DNA of 64,000 bases from contig OX597821.1 in assembly GCA_951406725.2 (NCBI GenBank), forward strand, positions 65,658,001 to 65,722,000, read 5' to 3'. The notes below the pieces were generated by a model. The model was not told where the DNA came from. It searched no databases and saw only the letters and a program-made list of their open reading frames with translations. This stretch comes from Octopus vulgaris. Its lineage: Eukaryota. The position numbers were made by a program, and so were the translations under genes. Shown here piece by piece: positions 12,905-26,654 of the stretch (the first letter of the stretch is position 1; every line of letters starts with the position of its first letter).

Positions 12905-13615
12905 GTATGTATAGATTTGATCAGAGGGGTATCCATTAAGTATTGAAGTGAAGCACGCAACCTTTGATGGCTAAGCAGAATGAAGCAAATCAGATGGTTA
13001 ACTAATCCATTAACCATTGCACGGAAACACATCGATGAATGAAAGTTCACTGTCGCTTGATTATCGGCAAATCTAACAGTTTCCAAAGATGAATGGAACC
13101 TTCATTGTGGCGTAAAATCATGACAAAACACGCGAATCGGTTACAATTGTTTCACTGTATGTCTCTATTGCGACGTAAACATGGTACGAAGCAGTTTCGC
13201 ACGAACTACTCGATGCTTGAAGTGTTGAGTGAGAACGAAAGGATAGGATTTCGGTTCCCTCCATGTCATGGTTATTGCTGTTACTGTTAATAGAGTTAAT
13301 TTTTTTTTTTGGGTCATCCTAAAACGGTTAATAGCAGCGATGTTTTTCGGCTAGATTAGGTGCGGCAGAAAAGGACAGCTTAATCTTGTATTTGTTAAAG
13401 ATTCCAGTGTTCTGACTAGGAGGAGAGCGCTTTTGCAAAATACTGAAAAATGTGATCATCATCATCATCATCCTCATCATCATCCTCCTCCTCATCATCA
13501 TCATCACCATCACCATCATCACCATCATCACCATCATCATCATCATCATCACCATCATCACCATCACCATCATCACCATCATCACCACCATCACCTTCAC
13601 CATCACCACCACCAT

Positions 13616-13650
<35 letters not shown>

Positions 13651-13664
13651 TCATCATTCATCAT

Positions 13665-14530
13665 CGCTATTTTAACTCGGTTTCCTCATTCTGGGATAGA
13701 TATCTCAGCAAGCTCAATATACATGCAGTCTTGCATACTTACCAGTCCTCTTCTCCCATTTGCTCTCTTCATATATAGGCGATCTGTGTCTGCACGTGGA
13801 TGATGGGCCACATGCATAATATGAGTTTTCTTGTCTTCCTGTCCAAATTCTTTATTTCATCCTCTTCAGCGCCAAACCGAACTACTGCAACTGTACGCGA
13901 TTTTATTGCCGAAATATTTCTGGCATTCAATTCTAAATTCAATATTTTTTACTCAGTCGCCATAGATACTCCTTTGATGTCTTTTCTTCCATACATGATG
14001 CTTAATTGCATCATTCCCAAGTATTCCCAGGTACTTATATCCAGATTCAGGTTCAATTACCTTCATCACTTCACCACTTGTCATACGTATAACTTCTATT
14101 CTGACAAACTTTCCTCGTCTCATCACCATTTCATCATATTTTGAAAGTTCAAACTCCATGTTGATATCACTGGAGAACATCTGCACAGACTGGAATAGGC
14201 TGTCCAGTTCTGTCTCACGTTTTGACAACATCTTCAAATCATCGATGAATAGCAGGTGATTAAGCTTTGCTTTACCACTTCGCAGATCATATCCCAATTT
14301 TGTCCTCACTTAAAGAAATACATTGTCCCCGTGGAAGATTCCCTTCCTAATTTCCACTTTTAAAACCTGATTCCCCGCTGTCAATTCAGTTCTCCAACAT
14401 TTCATACTGTTCCATATAAGGCACCACATATTTTCTGCTACTCCATACATTTCCATAGTTCTTCTTAACCAAGAGTGTACTGTCATATAGTTTGCCTCAA
14501 ATAACCAATCAATGCCACGCTCAGATCTGT
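13665..14530 (-). mobile_element. RLE-type (R4/HERO-like) LINE RT fragment, decayed
   Basis: KLNHLLFIDDLKMLSK, SDINMEFELSK, GYKYLGIL, IRKGIFHGD. Confidence 0.82.
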
Positions 14531-14584
14531 GAGTCTTCTATTACGGTATTATTACAATTATTATCATTATTATTTCTGTTGTTG

Positions 14585-15090
14585 TTAACATTTTTTCTTA
14601 ATGGTGTTAGAAGTATTACGTTTAGAGCTACTAATATTATAGTAGCTTAATCCATTATTGCTGAGAGGTCTCCTAGATCTAGGTATAAATGTAATTTTCT
14701 CCATGTAACCGGTCCTATAGAGGGCTTTATTGTAATATTGAGAATGCAGACAAAAGATATTTTCATTAGATGACAGATAAGAAATTCTATTGGAGACCCC
14801 GTTTATGACAAAATTAATTACACTTCTCATGTGATTGGAGCAGTGGTTTACGTAATTAAGATTATCTTCCGACTAGCAGTATGAATAGAATAACCCAGAG
14901 TTAAGGTCCCAAGTGATGTCGAGGAAGTTAGCTATGTTAAGATTATTTTACACATTAATTCTCAGTCCATGGTTGTTAAACATTTTCATAACCGCTTCCA
15001 AATCCTTTTAATGCAAACATTGCTAGTGTTATGAATTATAAACAACGCATCATCTTGGTACAAACCACCTGAGAGATTAGGGAAAGTAGC
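14585..15090 (-). mobile_element. Penelope-like element RT C-terminal fragment
   Basis: LYQDDALFII (YxDD), NFLDITWDLNSG, YVNHCSNH, GVSNRISYLSSNENIF..YYNKALYRTGY are typical of PLE RT. Confidence 0.72.
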
Positions 15091-15248
15091 TTACAAACAG
15101 TGTAAAAAAAATAAGTCACGGGATCCCATCATAATTTTGAAATTATTAATTCTGTCCTTTCAAAACAACAAATAGCAAGCAAAAGCACTAGCTTAAGATA
15201 GTTGTTTTGACTCTTATTTCTAGCAATAGATAGATAGATAGATATAAT

Positions 15249-15405
15249 TAACAAGGATGTACTGGTGTCAATACATTTCGGCCGTTTCAAGCGGCACCAT
15301 TTAATTGATTAATGCTTAATTTAACTGATTCATGTTTTCTTTAATCGATTAAATGAAGCCACTTGAAACGGCAGAAATGGATTGACACTTGTACATCCTT
15401 GTTAC
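15249..15405. repeat. Foldback with about 65-bp arms
   Basis: AACAAGGATGTAC..GCCGTTTCAAG..CATTTAATTGATTAA versus TTAATCGATTAAATG..CTTGAAACGGC..GTACATCCTTGTT. Confidence 0.75.
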
Positions 15406-15618
15406 TTATTTGGCATATAATGTACAAACATCCCTACACGGTAGGGGTACAAGGTACAAACACTCCTATATTCAATATTCAACTAATGTTGTTGTGCTAT
15501 GCGGACTATACGGAACTGGCAAGGTGGCTCAATTTAAGTACCTAATTCAGCTGAATCTTAATTATATTCTGTATGTACGTATGTATGTGTATACATACAT
15601 ACATACATGCATACATAC

Positions 15619-15669
<51 letters not shown>

Positions 15670-15691
15670 CATACATGCATGCATACGTATA

Positions 15692-15727
<36 letters not shown>

Positions 15728-15800
15728 ACTATATGTACGCATACATATTTAACTATATGTACATATACATATGTATATATATGTATGTACGCATACATAT

Positions 15801-15854
<54 letters not shown>

Positions 15855-16544
15855 ATACGCGCGCACACGCATATTTTGTTTTAATAATAGTAAGTTCACA
15901 CAACAACAACATAAGAACATAAACTAGATGGAGACAAATGCTGACATTTCTACAATATAAAAGAGAAAATAATCTTGATTGTTAATTAATAAATTAATTT
16001 ATCTCTTTTTTTCTTTTTACTTTTGGTTAGTTGCGGCAAGCTCAGCTGAAGAAACAGTTAATTGAGGAATTACATCAACATACAAATGAGTTGAATGAAA
16101 AAGGCCTTACTTTTTACATTGAAAGACTTTGATCAATCGATATATAAGGAGTCACTTAAAATCTTTCGCCTCCTATATTCATACTCTTCAGTAAAAATAT
16201 AACAATGATTCATATTGCTGTTCGTTGTTGTTGTTGTTGTTGTTGTTGTTGTTATTGCAATTCTTTTTGTGTTTCTTTATATTTGTTTCGGTCATTTGAC
16301 TGCGGCGATGCTGGAGCATCGCCTTTAGTCGAACAAATCGGCCGCAGGACTTATTCCTTGTAAGCTTGGTCCTTATTCTATCTATCATTTTGCCGAACCG
16401 CTAAGTTACGGGGACGTAAACACACCAGAATTGGTTATCACGCGATGGTGCAGGGACAAAGACAGACAGACACACACACACACACATACGACGGGCTTCT
16501 TTCAATTTCCGGAAATTCCTTACTCCACGCAGAAACTTCATGAG

Positions 16545-17032
16545 CGAGGTCGACTTTGCCTCTCATCCTTTCAGAGTCGATTAATTAAGTACCAGTTACG
16601 CACTGGGGTCGATATAATCGACTTAATCCGTTTGTCTGTCCTTGCCTGTCCTCTCTGTGTTTAGCCCCTTGTGGGTAGTAAAGAAATAGGTATTTCGTCT
16701 GCCGCTAAGTTCTGAATTTAAATTCCGCTGAGGTCGACTTTACCTTTCATCCTTTCGGGGACGATTAAATAAGTACCAGTTATGCACTGGGGTCGATATA
16801 ATCGACTTAATCCGTTTGTCTGTCCTTGCCTGTCCTCTCTTGTGGGTAGTAAAGAAATAGGTATTTCGTCTGTCTTTACGTTCTAAGTTCAAATTCCGCC
16901 GTGGTTGACTTTGCCTTTCATCCTTTTGAGCTCGATAAATTAAGAACCAGTTGCGTACTGGGGGTCAATCTAATCGAATGGCCCCCCCCTCTCCAAATAT
17001 TTCAGGCCTTGTGCCTAGAGTAGAAAAGAATA
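16545..17032 (+). mobile_element. SINE A trimer (body+tail A, body+tail A, body+tail B), 5'-truncated
   Basis: Units restart at GGTATTTCGTCTG directly after AAAGAAATA (about 16689 and 16860); the last unit ends CCTTGTGCCTAGAGTAGAAAAG. Confidence 0.88.
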
Positions 17033-17515
17033 TTTGATTGTATGGACTCCATCTTGGCACTTCGATTTTATTTCCACGAACGGTTCATTTACCAACACTA
17101 CGATTTCTACTCATTTTTAGAACTATTTTTAAGAATTAAAGAACACAAAGAATAAAAGATATTATGGTAGGCTCACTAATAGTTTCAAATGAAATAAAGC
17201 TATTTTCACATCAGCTTAATCATATATTCTTACTTAATTTGTTTGAATTAGATATATGCCATTTACAAAATTAAATTACTAAATATGTAGTTAATATTGA
17301 GTGTGTATCTGCAGCACAGTGCATTAAAGATCGAACTGCTGTAAACGTATTAGTTAACAATTTAATTTCTTACATGAAAGATTACTTTTCAAGCCGAATC
17401 AAATAGTATTCTATTAAAACCGAATATGCTTTCATTAGGAACAATTCCTCATTAAGAACAATTTATAGCTACTTTGCAGCCTGGGAGACGCCTGCCACAT
17501 GTATGTATGCATATA

Positions 17516-17617
<102 letters not shown>

Positions 17618-17622
17618 GTATG

Positions 17623-17656
<34 letters not shown>

Positions 17657-18473
17657 TGTATGTATGTATGTATATGTATGTATGTATGGTATGTAGGCAT
17701 ATATATGTGAATATGTATGTACATATGTATGTGTGTACGTGTTTGTGTATACATCAATGTATATACATGTATCTATGTATGTATAAATATATGTGTGCAT
17801 ATATACATGCATATATGCATATATTTACATATGATACATAGAAGCATATATATATGTATATATATTTATATAATCATATATGTATATATGTATATATGTA
17901 TATATATATATTATGTGTGTGTGTAGAAAAATGCGTGTGTTTGTGTATACATACCATACATGTATACACATGTATATACACACATACTTTACGCATACGA
18001 AAAGACTATTTTGTCGTCTCTGTTCAGTTTTCCAATTTAATTTGATTTCATTTCTTCAATACTGCGGTAGACCACATTTTAATATAGCGCTTAAGACATA
18101 ATTAACTTCTGTTTTGTTTTTGAATTTTTGCTTCTAATATTTAGTTAAATATTTTTGAAATTGAATAATAGACTTTCAGAAGTCAAGAAAGTTAATTTTT
18201 CTGGACATATAAATTAAGATATTAAATCAACTTCAAAAACAGTTAAAAGAAACGAAGAAAAAAGTTGGATCTTCCGTAACTTTAAAAAATACACCATGCA
18301 TTCGTTGGAGACAGTGGGGAAAACTCTATGATTTCGAATAGAAAATTATTACCCGAACGTGTTTGTGTGTATGCGTACGTGTGTGTGTGTGTGTGTGCGT
18401 GTGTCTGTGTGTGTCTGTGTGTGAGTGTGTGTGTCTGTATGTTTCGAATCATTTCACTATCTTTTGTCTTTTA

Positions 18474-18706
18474 GGGCGGCGAGCTGGCAGAATCGTTAGT
18501 ACGCCGGGCGAAATGCTTAGCGGTATTTCGTCTGTATTTACGTTGTGAGTTCAAATTCCGCTGAGGACGACTTTGCCTTTCATCATTTCAGGGTCGATAA
18601 ATTAAGTACCAACTACGCCCTGGGGATCGATCTAATCGACTTAATCCCTTTGTCTGTCCTTGTTTGCGCCCTCTATGTTTAGTCAACTGTGGGCAGCAAA
18701 GAAATA
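18474..18706 (+). mobile_element. SINE family A, full length
   Basis: Head and tail A; probable TSD containing TTTTGTCTTT. Confidence 0.9.
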
Positions 18707-18729
18707 TATATATTTTGTCTTTGATCGAT

Positions 18730-18849
18730 TATTTGTTTCAGTCATTTGACCGCAGCCATGCTGGAGGCACCGCGACCATGCTGGAGGCACCGCCTTGAAA
18801 GGTTATAGTCAAACAAATCGGCCCCAGAGCGTATCATTTTATTTCTAAG

Positions 18850-18899
<50 letters not shown>

Positions 18900-19068
18900 T
18901 ATATATATATACGATGAGCTTCTTTCAGTTTCTCTCTACGAGGCTTTGGTCGGTCCGACGCTATAGTAGAAGGCACTTGCCCAGGGTGCCATGCAATGGA
19001 ACTGAACGCGAAACCATGTAGTTGAGAAGTAAGCTTTCTACCACACAGCCATGCCTGCACCTATACAT

Positions 19069-19109
<41 letters not shown>

Positions 19110-19385
19110 GCCGAACGATTAAAATCCATCGAAGGACACTGTTAACACACCACCATCAGTTGTCAAGCGATGTTGGGGGTACAAACATAGACACGCAAAC
19201 ATATACACCAATACGTACATATATATGTATACGACGGGCTTCTTTCAGTTTCCATCTACCAAATCCACTGACAAGGCTTTGGTCGGCCCGAGGCTATAGA
19301 AGAAGACACTTGCTCAAGGTGCCACGCAGTGGGACTGAACCTGGAACAATGTGGTTGGTAAGCAAGCTACTTACCACACAGCCAT
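18730..19385 (-). mobile_element. Two partial SINE B copies
   Basis: Family motifs at 18730-19060 and 19130-19385. Confidence 0.8.
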
Positions 19386-19800
19386 AAAATTTCTTCATAA
19401 GGAGGGAGCATGCTATTGAAACGAAAATACCGAGCATGATCACTGATGACAAAAAAAAAATATGTATAATATCGATGAGTTTGCCATACCATATGATTGA
19501 AGAGCGGATGAAAAAGAAATTGAAGTAGCTGAGAATTATCAGAAGCTTGCCAATCAAGAGATGAAGAGATTGTGTTATGCAAAAACGAAAATTGTTCCTG
19601 AGATAATTAGTGCACATAACACAACACTGAAACTGCTACCTAAAAAGCTGAAAAATATCGGTAGTGAAACGTGTAGCTGTCAACTTGCAGAAAAGCGTCC
19701 GACAGAATCCTATGAAAGGTTCTTGAGATTTGAAGAGACTTGTTGTCACAGTACCTCCGGAGAAAAATTTCTCTCGACTAAATTACTATGAAATTGCTTT

Positions 19801-19856
<56 letters not shown>

Positions 19857-19857
<1 letters not shown>

Positions 19858-20342
19858 TCATGCCTCCCCAAAACATGCCTCCTCATTGATATGACTGTCC
19901 CAATAGATATAAACGTATCTGTCAAGACCTACCAAAAACTGAGCAAATATAAAGATCTTGAAATATAAATTAGTAAAATGTGGAACCTGAAGACTAAAAC
20001 AATACCTGTTGTCATAAGTGCCCTGGGAATGATAGCAAAAGGGGCTGATTGCTACATAGCTCAGATACCAGGAAGCCCAAAAATGGCAGAAATTCAAAAG
20101 ATAGTGCTCATGAGAACTGCTTATATCCTACGCAATATGCTTTCTATGTAATCTCAAGTTTTAAAACAAACATAATTTTCGTATGGTTTTTTTAGGTATT
20201 CACTAGTACAACACTAAGTACAAAACCAAATATATGGCACCCTAGGCATAACACCAACATGAACTTCCAACTTGTTGTCTCTTGAGGTCTCGGGGTGAGA
20301 CTTGGAGCCAACTTGTACAAATGTAAAGCAAAAGTCAAACAT
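19857..20342 (+). mobile_element. Dong/R4-like LINE 3' end (subfamily 1) in (TAA)n
   Basis: CLLIDMTVPIDINVSVKTYQKLSKYKDLE..IPVVISALG RLE domain plus 3' UTR; TAA tracts on both sides; paralog at 37596-38285. Confidence 0.88.
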
Positions 20343-20353
20343 ATAATAATAAC

Positions 20354-20427
<74 letters not shown>

Positions 20428-20428
<1 letters not shown>

Positions 20429-20793
20429 TAATTGAGAAAGAAAGCAAACGATACTGAATCATAGATATAGCATGACCTGCTGACAACAAGGTATGCGATA
20501 AGGAAGTAAGAAACGTCGATAGATATGACAGGTTAGCTTAGGAGGTTAAGCAGTTGTGGTCTATGAAAAAGATGGTAGTAGTGCCAATAATTGTCGGAGC
20601 CCTCGGACCAGCGAGTAAAAATCTTAAGAAGTACATGGAACAATAAGGGTGGAGCATTTTCAGTAAACAGCACTGCTTGGAACAGCTCGAATACTTCAGA
20701 TGGTGCTCGAAAAATAAGGAGTGTTACCTTTGTTCACTGGTAGTGAACAGCTGGCACCGTACTACATTTCCAGCGTTAGAAACTGTGCAAAAG
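20428..20793 (+). mobile_element. Dong/R4-like LINE 3' end (subfamily 2) in (TAA)n
   Basis: PADNKVCDKE..RYDRLA..VVPIIVGALG; paralogs at 24242 and 36814. Confidence 0.88.
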
Positions 20794-20798
20794 TAATA

Positions 20799-20869
<71 letters not shown>

Positions 20870-20946
20870 TAGTAATAATAACAACAACAACAACAACAAC
20901 AATAATAGTAGTAGTAGTAATAATGATAATAATAATCATAATAATA

Positions 20947-21002
<56 letters not shown>

Positions 21003-21099
21003 TCTGACTAACCATCAAATTGTTATTAATAATATGAATATTATTGTTATATTATTAATGTTATTAATAATAAATTGTGTTACTGTATATTAATATATA

Positions 21100-22411
21100 T
21101 CAGGTCATGTCATTAGTTCCGTCTGAATTTTGAATAAAGAAAACAACTGATCAAATGTTATATTTAATTGAAATTTAGTCATCATTGAACTTTCTCTGCT
21201 TATCTATGACTTCCTTCCATCTATTTACAAGCATCTAAATCCCATCAATGTAAAACTCTTTTGGTTTCAAAGCGAAGAACTCTGAAATGTCAGTTTCGAC
21301 CTCCACCTGGCTTGCAAAAATTATGTCCCCCAAATGATTCTGTAAACTACGAAACAAATGGTAGTCAGAAGGAGCAAGGTCGGGGGAATAAGGTGGATGA
21401 GGAATTTTTTTCCCAACCAAGCTCTTCAATCTTCTGTGATGTGATCTTTGCAGTGTGGGGTCGCGCATTGTTCTGATGAAACATCCCTTGTTTTCGATTC
21501 ACTAAAGCAGGTCTTTTGAACCAAGCTTTGAAGAAAACTTCAAAGCTTGGTTCAAACGCTCTAATTGCTGACAGTAGACTTGAGCATTGATCGTTGCATT
21601 AGGTGGTAACAATTCCAAGTGAATTACTCCTTCGCAATCCCGCCAGATAGAAAGAAGAACCTTTTTTCCATGAAGTTCCCTTCTCGGTGTGATTGAGTTT
21701 TTTCCCTTTTACCAAGCCACTGTTTACGACATTTAACTGTTTACCTCATTTACAAAATTCATTTTTCGGCACCAGACACAAGTCTATCCAAAAAGGGTGA
21801 AATGAGTTCGCGAGAATGGAGAGAAGAGTAGATGTCAACTGGGGATTTGCATTTGCTTTCGGACAATTCATGTGGCACCCATTTTCCAAGTTTAGGAACC
21901 TTTCCAAGTTGTTGAAAATGACGATGAACAGTTGTATGGTTTGCACTAAGCTTTATTACCAATCCTTCAACTGATAATGCAGGATTTTCTTCAAGTAATA
22001 CCTCAAGGAGCTTATCATCAAATTCAACTGAACGTCCTGTTCGATCTTCATCTTCAAGGCTGAAATCTCCACTTCTGAATTTTGCCAACCATCGTCTGCA
22101 AGTTCTTTTATTCAAGCATTCTTTCCCATAAACTGAGTGTATGTTTCGAGTCGCTTCGGCTGCAAGAGTTTCCTTATTTGTACTCATAAAGCATTATGTC
22201 CCACAAATACTCTTTGGATACTTCCATGTTAGAAAGGGTTTTAATCAAAGAAATTTTCATTCTGTTATTCTGTAAAATAATGTTTAATTAATTAAAGTGT
22301 ACACAAATGCATAAAAATAATTTTTAATTCCATTAGACATTCTAAAATACTATTAAATTTCATTCAGTTTTAAGAAAGGTAAAATCGGACAGAACTTATG
22401 GGATGACCTGA
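21100..22411 (-). mobile_element. Full-length mariner (Tc1/mariner) transposon with a pseudogenised transposase
   Basis: About 30-bp imperfect TIRs TCAGGTCATGTCATTAGTTCCGTCTGA and TCGGACAGAACTTATGGGATGACCTGA; TA flanks; 1312 bp; WVPHEL and PHPPYSPDLAPSDYHLFRSL; frameshifts. Confidence 0.95.
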
Positions 22412-22789
22412 TATTTATATACAACTAATATTAATAGTAAATAACAATATTATTCATAATCAAATGATTGCCCTGAGAATTTTCAGAAACACGTACACAG
22501 AAAGAAATATTTAGCATCGTTAATCATCATAGAACTTTCTTGAGTTTCGTGTTTGTTTGATTAGAATTTAGAAGGAAGAAATAAATCACTTTTTCCATAA
22601 ATGTCTGTAATCGATGGATATTTCCTCAGAATTAGAATTGTCAACATTTCTCTCTGAATGATAATACAAAAATAAATAAAAAGACAATATCCGTTAAGCA
22701 AACACATAATATTCCTTTAGTTTTGACAAATAGTGATAGTGTACGAGAGAGAAGGAGAGAGACTGAGAGACAGAGACAGACAGACAAAG

Positions 22790-23160
22790 AGAGTCTCTGT
22801 GAAGAAGCTCGTTTTGCAACCATGAAGTTTCGGGTTCATTTCCACTATGTGACTCCTTAGGCAAGTGTTTTCTAATATCGTACCGGGCTGACCAATACCA
22901 TGTGAATGAATCTGGTGGACGGAAACCGTGTGGAAGCCCATGTATAAGTTCGTGCGTGCATGTGTGTTTGTGAGTGTGTGCGTTTTTGTGTCTGTGTTTG
23001 TCCCCCAGGAGTTGGTTTGTTTATGTCCCCATAACTTAGCGGTTCGCCAAAAGAATTAATAGTATAAGTACAACACTTAAAAAAAATAAGTCCTGGGGTT
23101 GATTTGTTTCGACTAAACCTTAAAGATGATGCTCCAGCATGGCCGTATTTCAGTGACTGA
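22790..23160 (+). mobile_element. SINE family B, diverged
   Basis: GGGTTCATTTCCAC..GGCAAGTGTTTTC..GCTCCAGCATGGCC. Confidence 0.78.
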
Positions 23161-24112
23161 TATAAATATAAGACAAATATCCCTCAAATCGCAACCTATT
23201 GTCTTAAGACAGTGTATTCCAAGGTACACTGAGCTTAAGCCACCCACCCACAAAATCAGACAAAAAAGGAAAGACAAAACGGTCGTTGACCGTAGTTATG
23301 CTCAGTCAGAACTGACCTAGGGTTAAACAACAACACAACGATGGCGGAGCGGCTCTTTAGAAAGTGTTGCGTTAGATACAGTATGGGTGAAAAATACCAG
23401 CGCACTGGATGGTCGCAACAGGATTGTCTTTAATCGCATATACGCTTAATGAGGGTTTATTTGGAGCTAATGAACAATAGCAGAAAATTTTCTAGCGAAT
23501 GAGGTAGTCTCAATGTGTTGCTTGACATGCTAAAAACGGCGACCAAATTTCTCTCAAATCATACACAACTTTTTACGATAAGCGTATATTGAGACACTTT
23601 AGGGGTACCTTGGGGGTACAATGTAGACCTGGGTTCGCTGCATGCTGGAAAAAACGTGACGGTCATGTGCGGAATAACTTTGTTCGTGGGTCTGCTCGCT
23701 CAACGCTGACTTAGGCTAAACAACAGCAATATGACGACTACAACAGCAGCAAGATAAAGAGCAACAGCAGCAATTGAAAAAGCAACAGCAACCACCGAAA
23801 GAGCAACAGCAGCGACCAAAACAGCAATAGCAGCAGAAAGAGCTGCAGCAGCAGTAGCAACGGTAGATCAGCAATAGTAGCAGTAGAAAGTGTATCAGCA
23901 GCATTGGAAACAGCATCAGTAAAAGCAGAAACAAAAACAGCAGCAGCCGCAGAAACAGAGACTGCAGCAGCAACATCATTAGCAGAAACAGGAGGAGAGG
24001 ATAAGTGGGGGAGGGGATAAGTGGATTACATCGACACTAGTGTTTCACTGATACTTAATTTATCGACCCCGAAAGGATGAAAAGCAAAGATGACCTCGGT
24101 GAAATTGATAAC

Positions 24113-24177
<65 letters not shown>

Positions 24178-24241
24178 CAACAACAACAATAATAATAATA
24201 ATTATAATAAAAATAATAATAATAATAATAACAATAATAAT

Positions 24242-24962
24242 GAGGCTCTAATCTTTGCTCCCCAAGAGCAAGAATTAAGAACAAATTACATCAAATACAG
24301 AATAGACAACGCATCATAAAGTGACATGTGCAGAATTTGTGGAGAAAATGGTGAAACTATATGGCATATTACTTGTCAATGTACGCCACTAGCCCAGAAG
24401 GAATATAAGAGACGTCATGACAATACAGCAAGGATTGTCCATTGGACACTTTGCAACAAGAGCAAAAGAGTGGTACGAACATAAACCCGAAGGCATCATC
24501 GAAAATGATAATGCAAAAATCCTATGGTATTTCATGACTGAGTGCGACCATGAGATAGAGAATAGGAAACCAGACATAGTATTAATTGAGAAAGAAAACA
24601 AACGATGCTCGATCATAGATAAAGCATGCCCGGCTGACAACAAGGTATGCGACAAGGAAGAAAGAAAAGTCGATAGATATGACAGGTTAGCTTGGGAGGT
24701 TAAGCAGTTGTGGTCGCTGAAAAAGGTGGTAGTGGTACCAATAACTGTCGGAGATCTGAGAACAGCGAGTAAAAATCTTGAGAAGTACATGGAACAAATA
24801 GGGAGGCCAATAAGGGTAGAGCACTTACAGTAAACAACACTGCTTGGAACCGCTCGAATATTCCGGATGGTGCTCGAAAACTAAGAGGTGTTACCTTAGT
24901 TCACTGGTAGTGAACAGCTGACACCGTTGTACATCTCCAGCGTTAGAAGCTGTACAAAGACA
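24242..24962 (+). mobile_element. Dong/R4-like LINE 3' end with CCHC and RLE domains in (TAA)n
   Basis: CRICGENGETIWHITCQC, KRRHD, KPDIVLIEK..IID..CP; TAA flanks. Confidence 0.9.
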
Positions 24963-24981
24963 ATAAAATAATAATAATGAT

Positions 24982-25335
24982 AACAAGAGCACTCAGAGAG
25001 CGCAAACCTTCGCCAAAGCAACACCAACGTCCTCTTAAAGATTAGCCAGAGATGATTTTTTAAATGAGAATATCTTAAATAAATTCGACTGCTCTCACAA
25101 ACGAGAATACTAAAAATGAACCCGAGCGCTCTCAAAAATTAAGTAAAAAAACAAGAAAAATAATCCAGAATCATTGTCCGGTACTGAATCGATCCCAAAA
25201 TCTAACCAATTCGTGCCAGACACGAGGCCAAACATCCCTGGAAGTTTCATCCGAATCCATCCGACGGTTCTTGAGATATCTTGTCCACGGACAAAACAAA
25301 CAAATAAACAAACACGGGTAATAATAGAACACGAG
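24982..25335 (+). mobile_element. Non-autonomous Helentron-type (HINE/DINE-1-like) element
   Basis: Start AACAAGAGCACTCAGAGAGCGCAAACCTTCGCCAAAG; body shared with 27148-27297; ACAA repeats near the 3' end. Confidence 0.6.
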
Positions 25336-26654
25336 ACAAACATTTTGCTCTTTCAAGGTGTTTGCAAAATTGAATATTCAGATTTTAAACAGAGAATCCC
25401 ATTGCGAAATACCAAATTCTATTTTCAATAATATTTTTAAAAATCCGTTTCTAAACCTTCTAAACCTTCTCAGCCTTTCTTTTTCTCTTTGACCCTCTTT
25501 TTCTATTTCCCTTCCCCTCTTTCCCGTCCGTCTGTCAGTCTCTCTGTTTCTCTCTAAATTACATTTCTTATCTTTCACCATAACATGTCTCCACCCAAGC
25601 AGTCAACCTTTATTTCCACATCAACAGAAGTGCTTGTGCGTGATTTTTCTAAAGCTAATATATTATAGAAGCCAAATTTCACCGAATTCCCGCTCTTACT
25701 GTCTTAAATATAGAAAAGATAAGTTAGGTATATTTATATATTAGGAATATTGCCTCCAACAGAGAACGGATGGACATGACTGAAATGATTTTCATCATAG
25801 ATTAGTTCAATAAGGTTGATCTAGTAGTCAAAGAACAATGGCAGGAATAACAAGTATATAGGCCAGAATGAGGCGATTTGGCGTTGCTGTTTGGATGCAG
25901 ACAACTTGGCATAGTTAACTGGACGTTCACCCTGTTTTTGGTACCAGTATATTTTGAAACTTAAGACAAACACGCGTGTGCGCATACGCTCCTAGAAATA
26001 TACACATAGGGATAAAAGTGTGAGAGAGGGAGAAATACAATTTATCAATTTAACACGATTTACATAAGCGCTTTCCTTCTCATATTCATAAAGAGGAATA
26101 TGTTTACTGACATAAACAGAGAAACGGAAGGGAAAGGAAGGAGAGAACGAAAAAACTTAAAACGTCGGATGTCAAGTAAGTCAGTGTCGAATCAGCGACG
26201 GCAAGTAGTCAGCGCCAAAACGGCTGTGTCAAAACGTCCTATATTCTATATAGAATATCGGGCGAAATGCCTGGCACTATTTATCCTGGCGTTTAGCGTT
26301 CCGAGTTCAAATCCCATCAATACCAAGTCTGCTTGTCGTTGGATTGCGGAATCATTTAAGTGTCTTATGGTATTTGTTTCGTTTTGAGTTCAAGTCTTGC
26401 CGTGACTATGAAGATCACAGTACAATTTGAACTCAACAGCAAACTTAATCCACCATTCGTTTTAATAACACCACCTGATCCTTGGGTGGCTTTACTTGAG
26501 CCCATTCTGTTACGAATATTCGAATAGCGTCCCTTATTTGAAAATATCTTCATCTTTAATTTCCTTCTGCTCACCAGTCTCAAAGGCCCACCCTGTAAAA
26601 CATCTTCGCCATCGTCCTACTTTCTGACTAAGCGATAATCATCTATATATTCAG

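Noticed and set aside
12915-13325. Possible Tc1-like remnant
   Set aside because: Termini are only suggestive and I found no diagnostic transposase motif.
13416-13778. Poly-His, poly-Asp and poly-Met ORFs (also 31481-32315)
   Set aside because: (CAT/CAC)n low-complexity tracts are open in several frames.
16545-17032. CRISPR-like repeated units
   Set aside because: Units are whole SINE bodies without unique spacers; eukaryotic context and no cas genes.
19385-19800. Possible Penelope GIY-YIG 3' end with CTGAAAA..GAAAC motif
   Set aside because: Too degenerate to call as a feature.
23715-23990. Poly-Gln-like (CAG/CAA) tract
   Set aside because: Interrupted by stops and continuous with the AAC tail of an old repeat.
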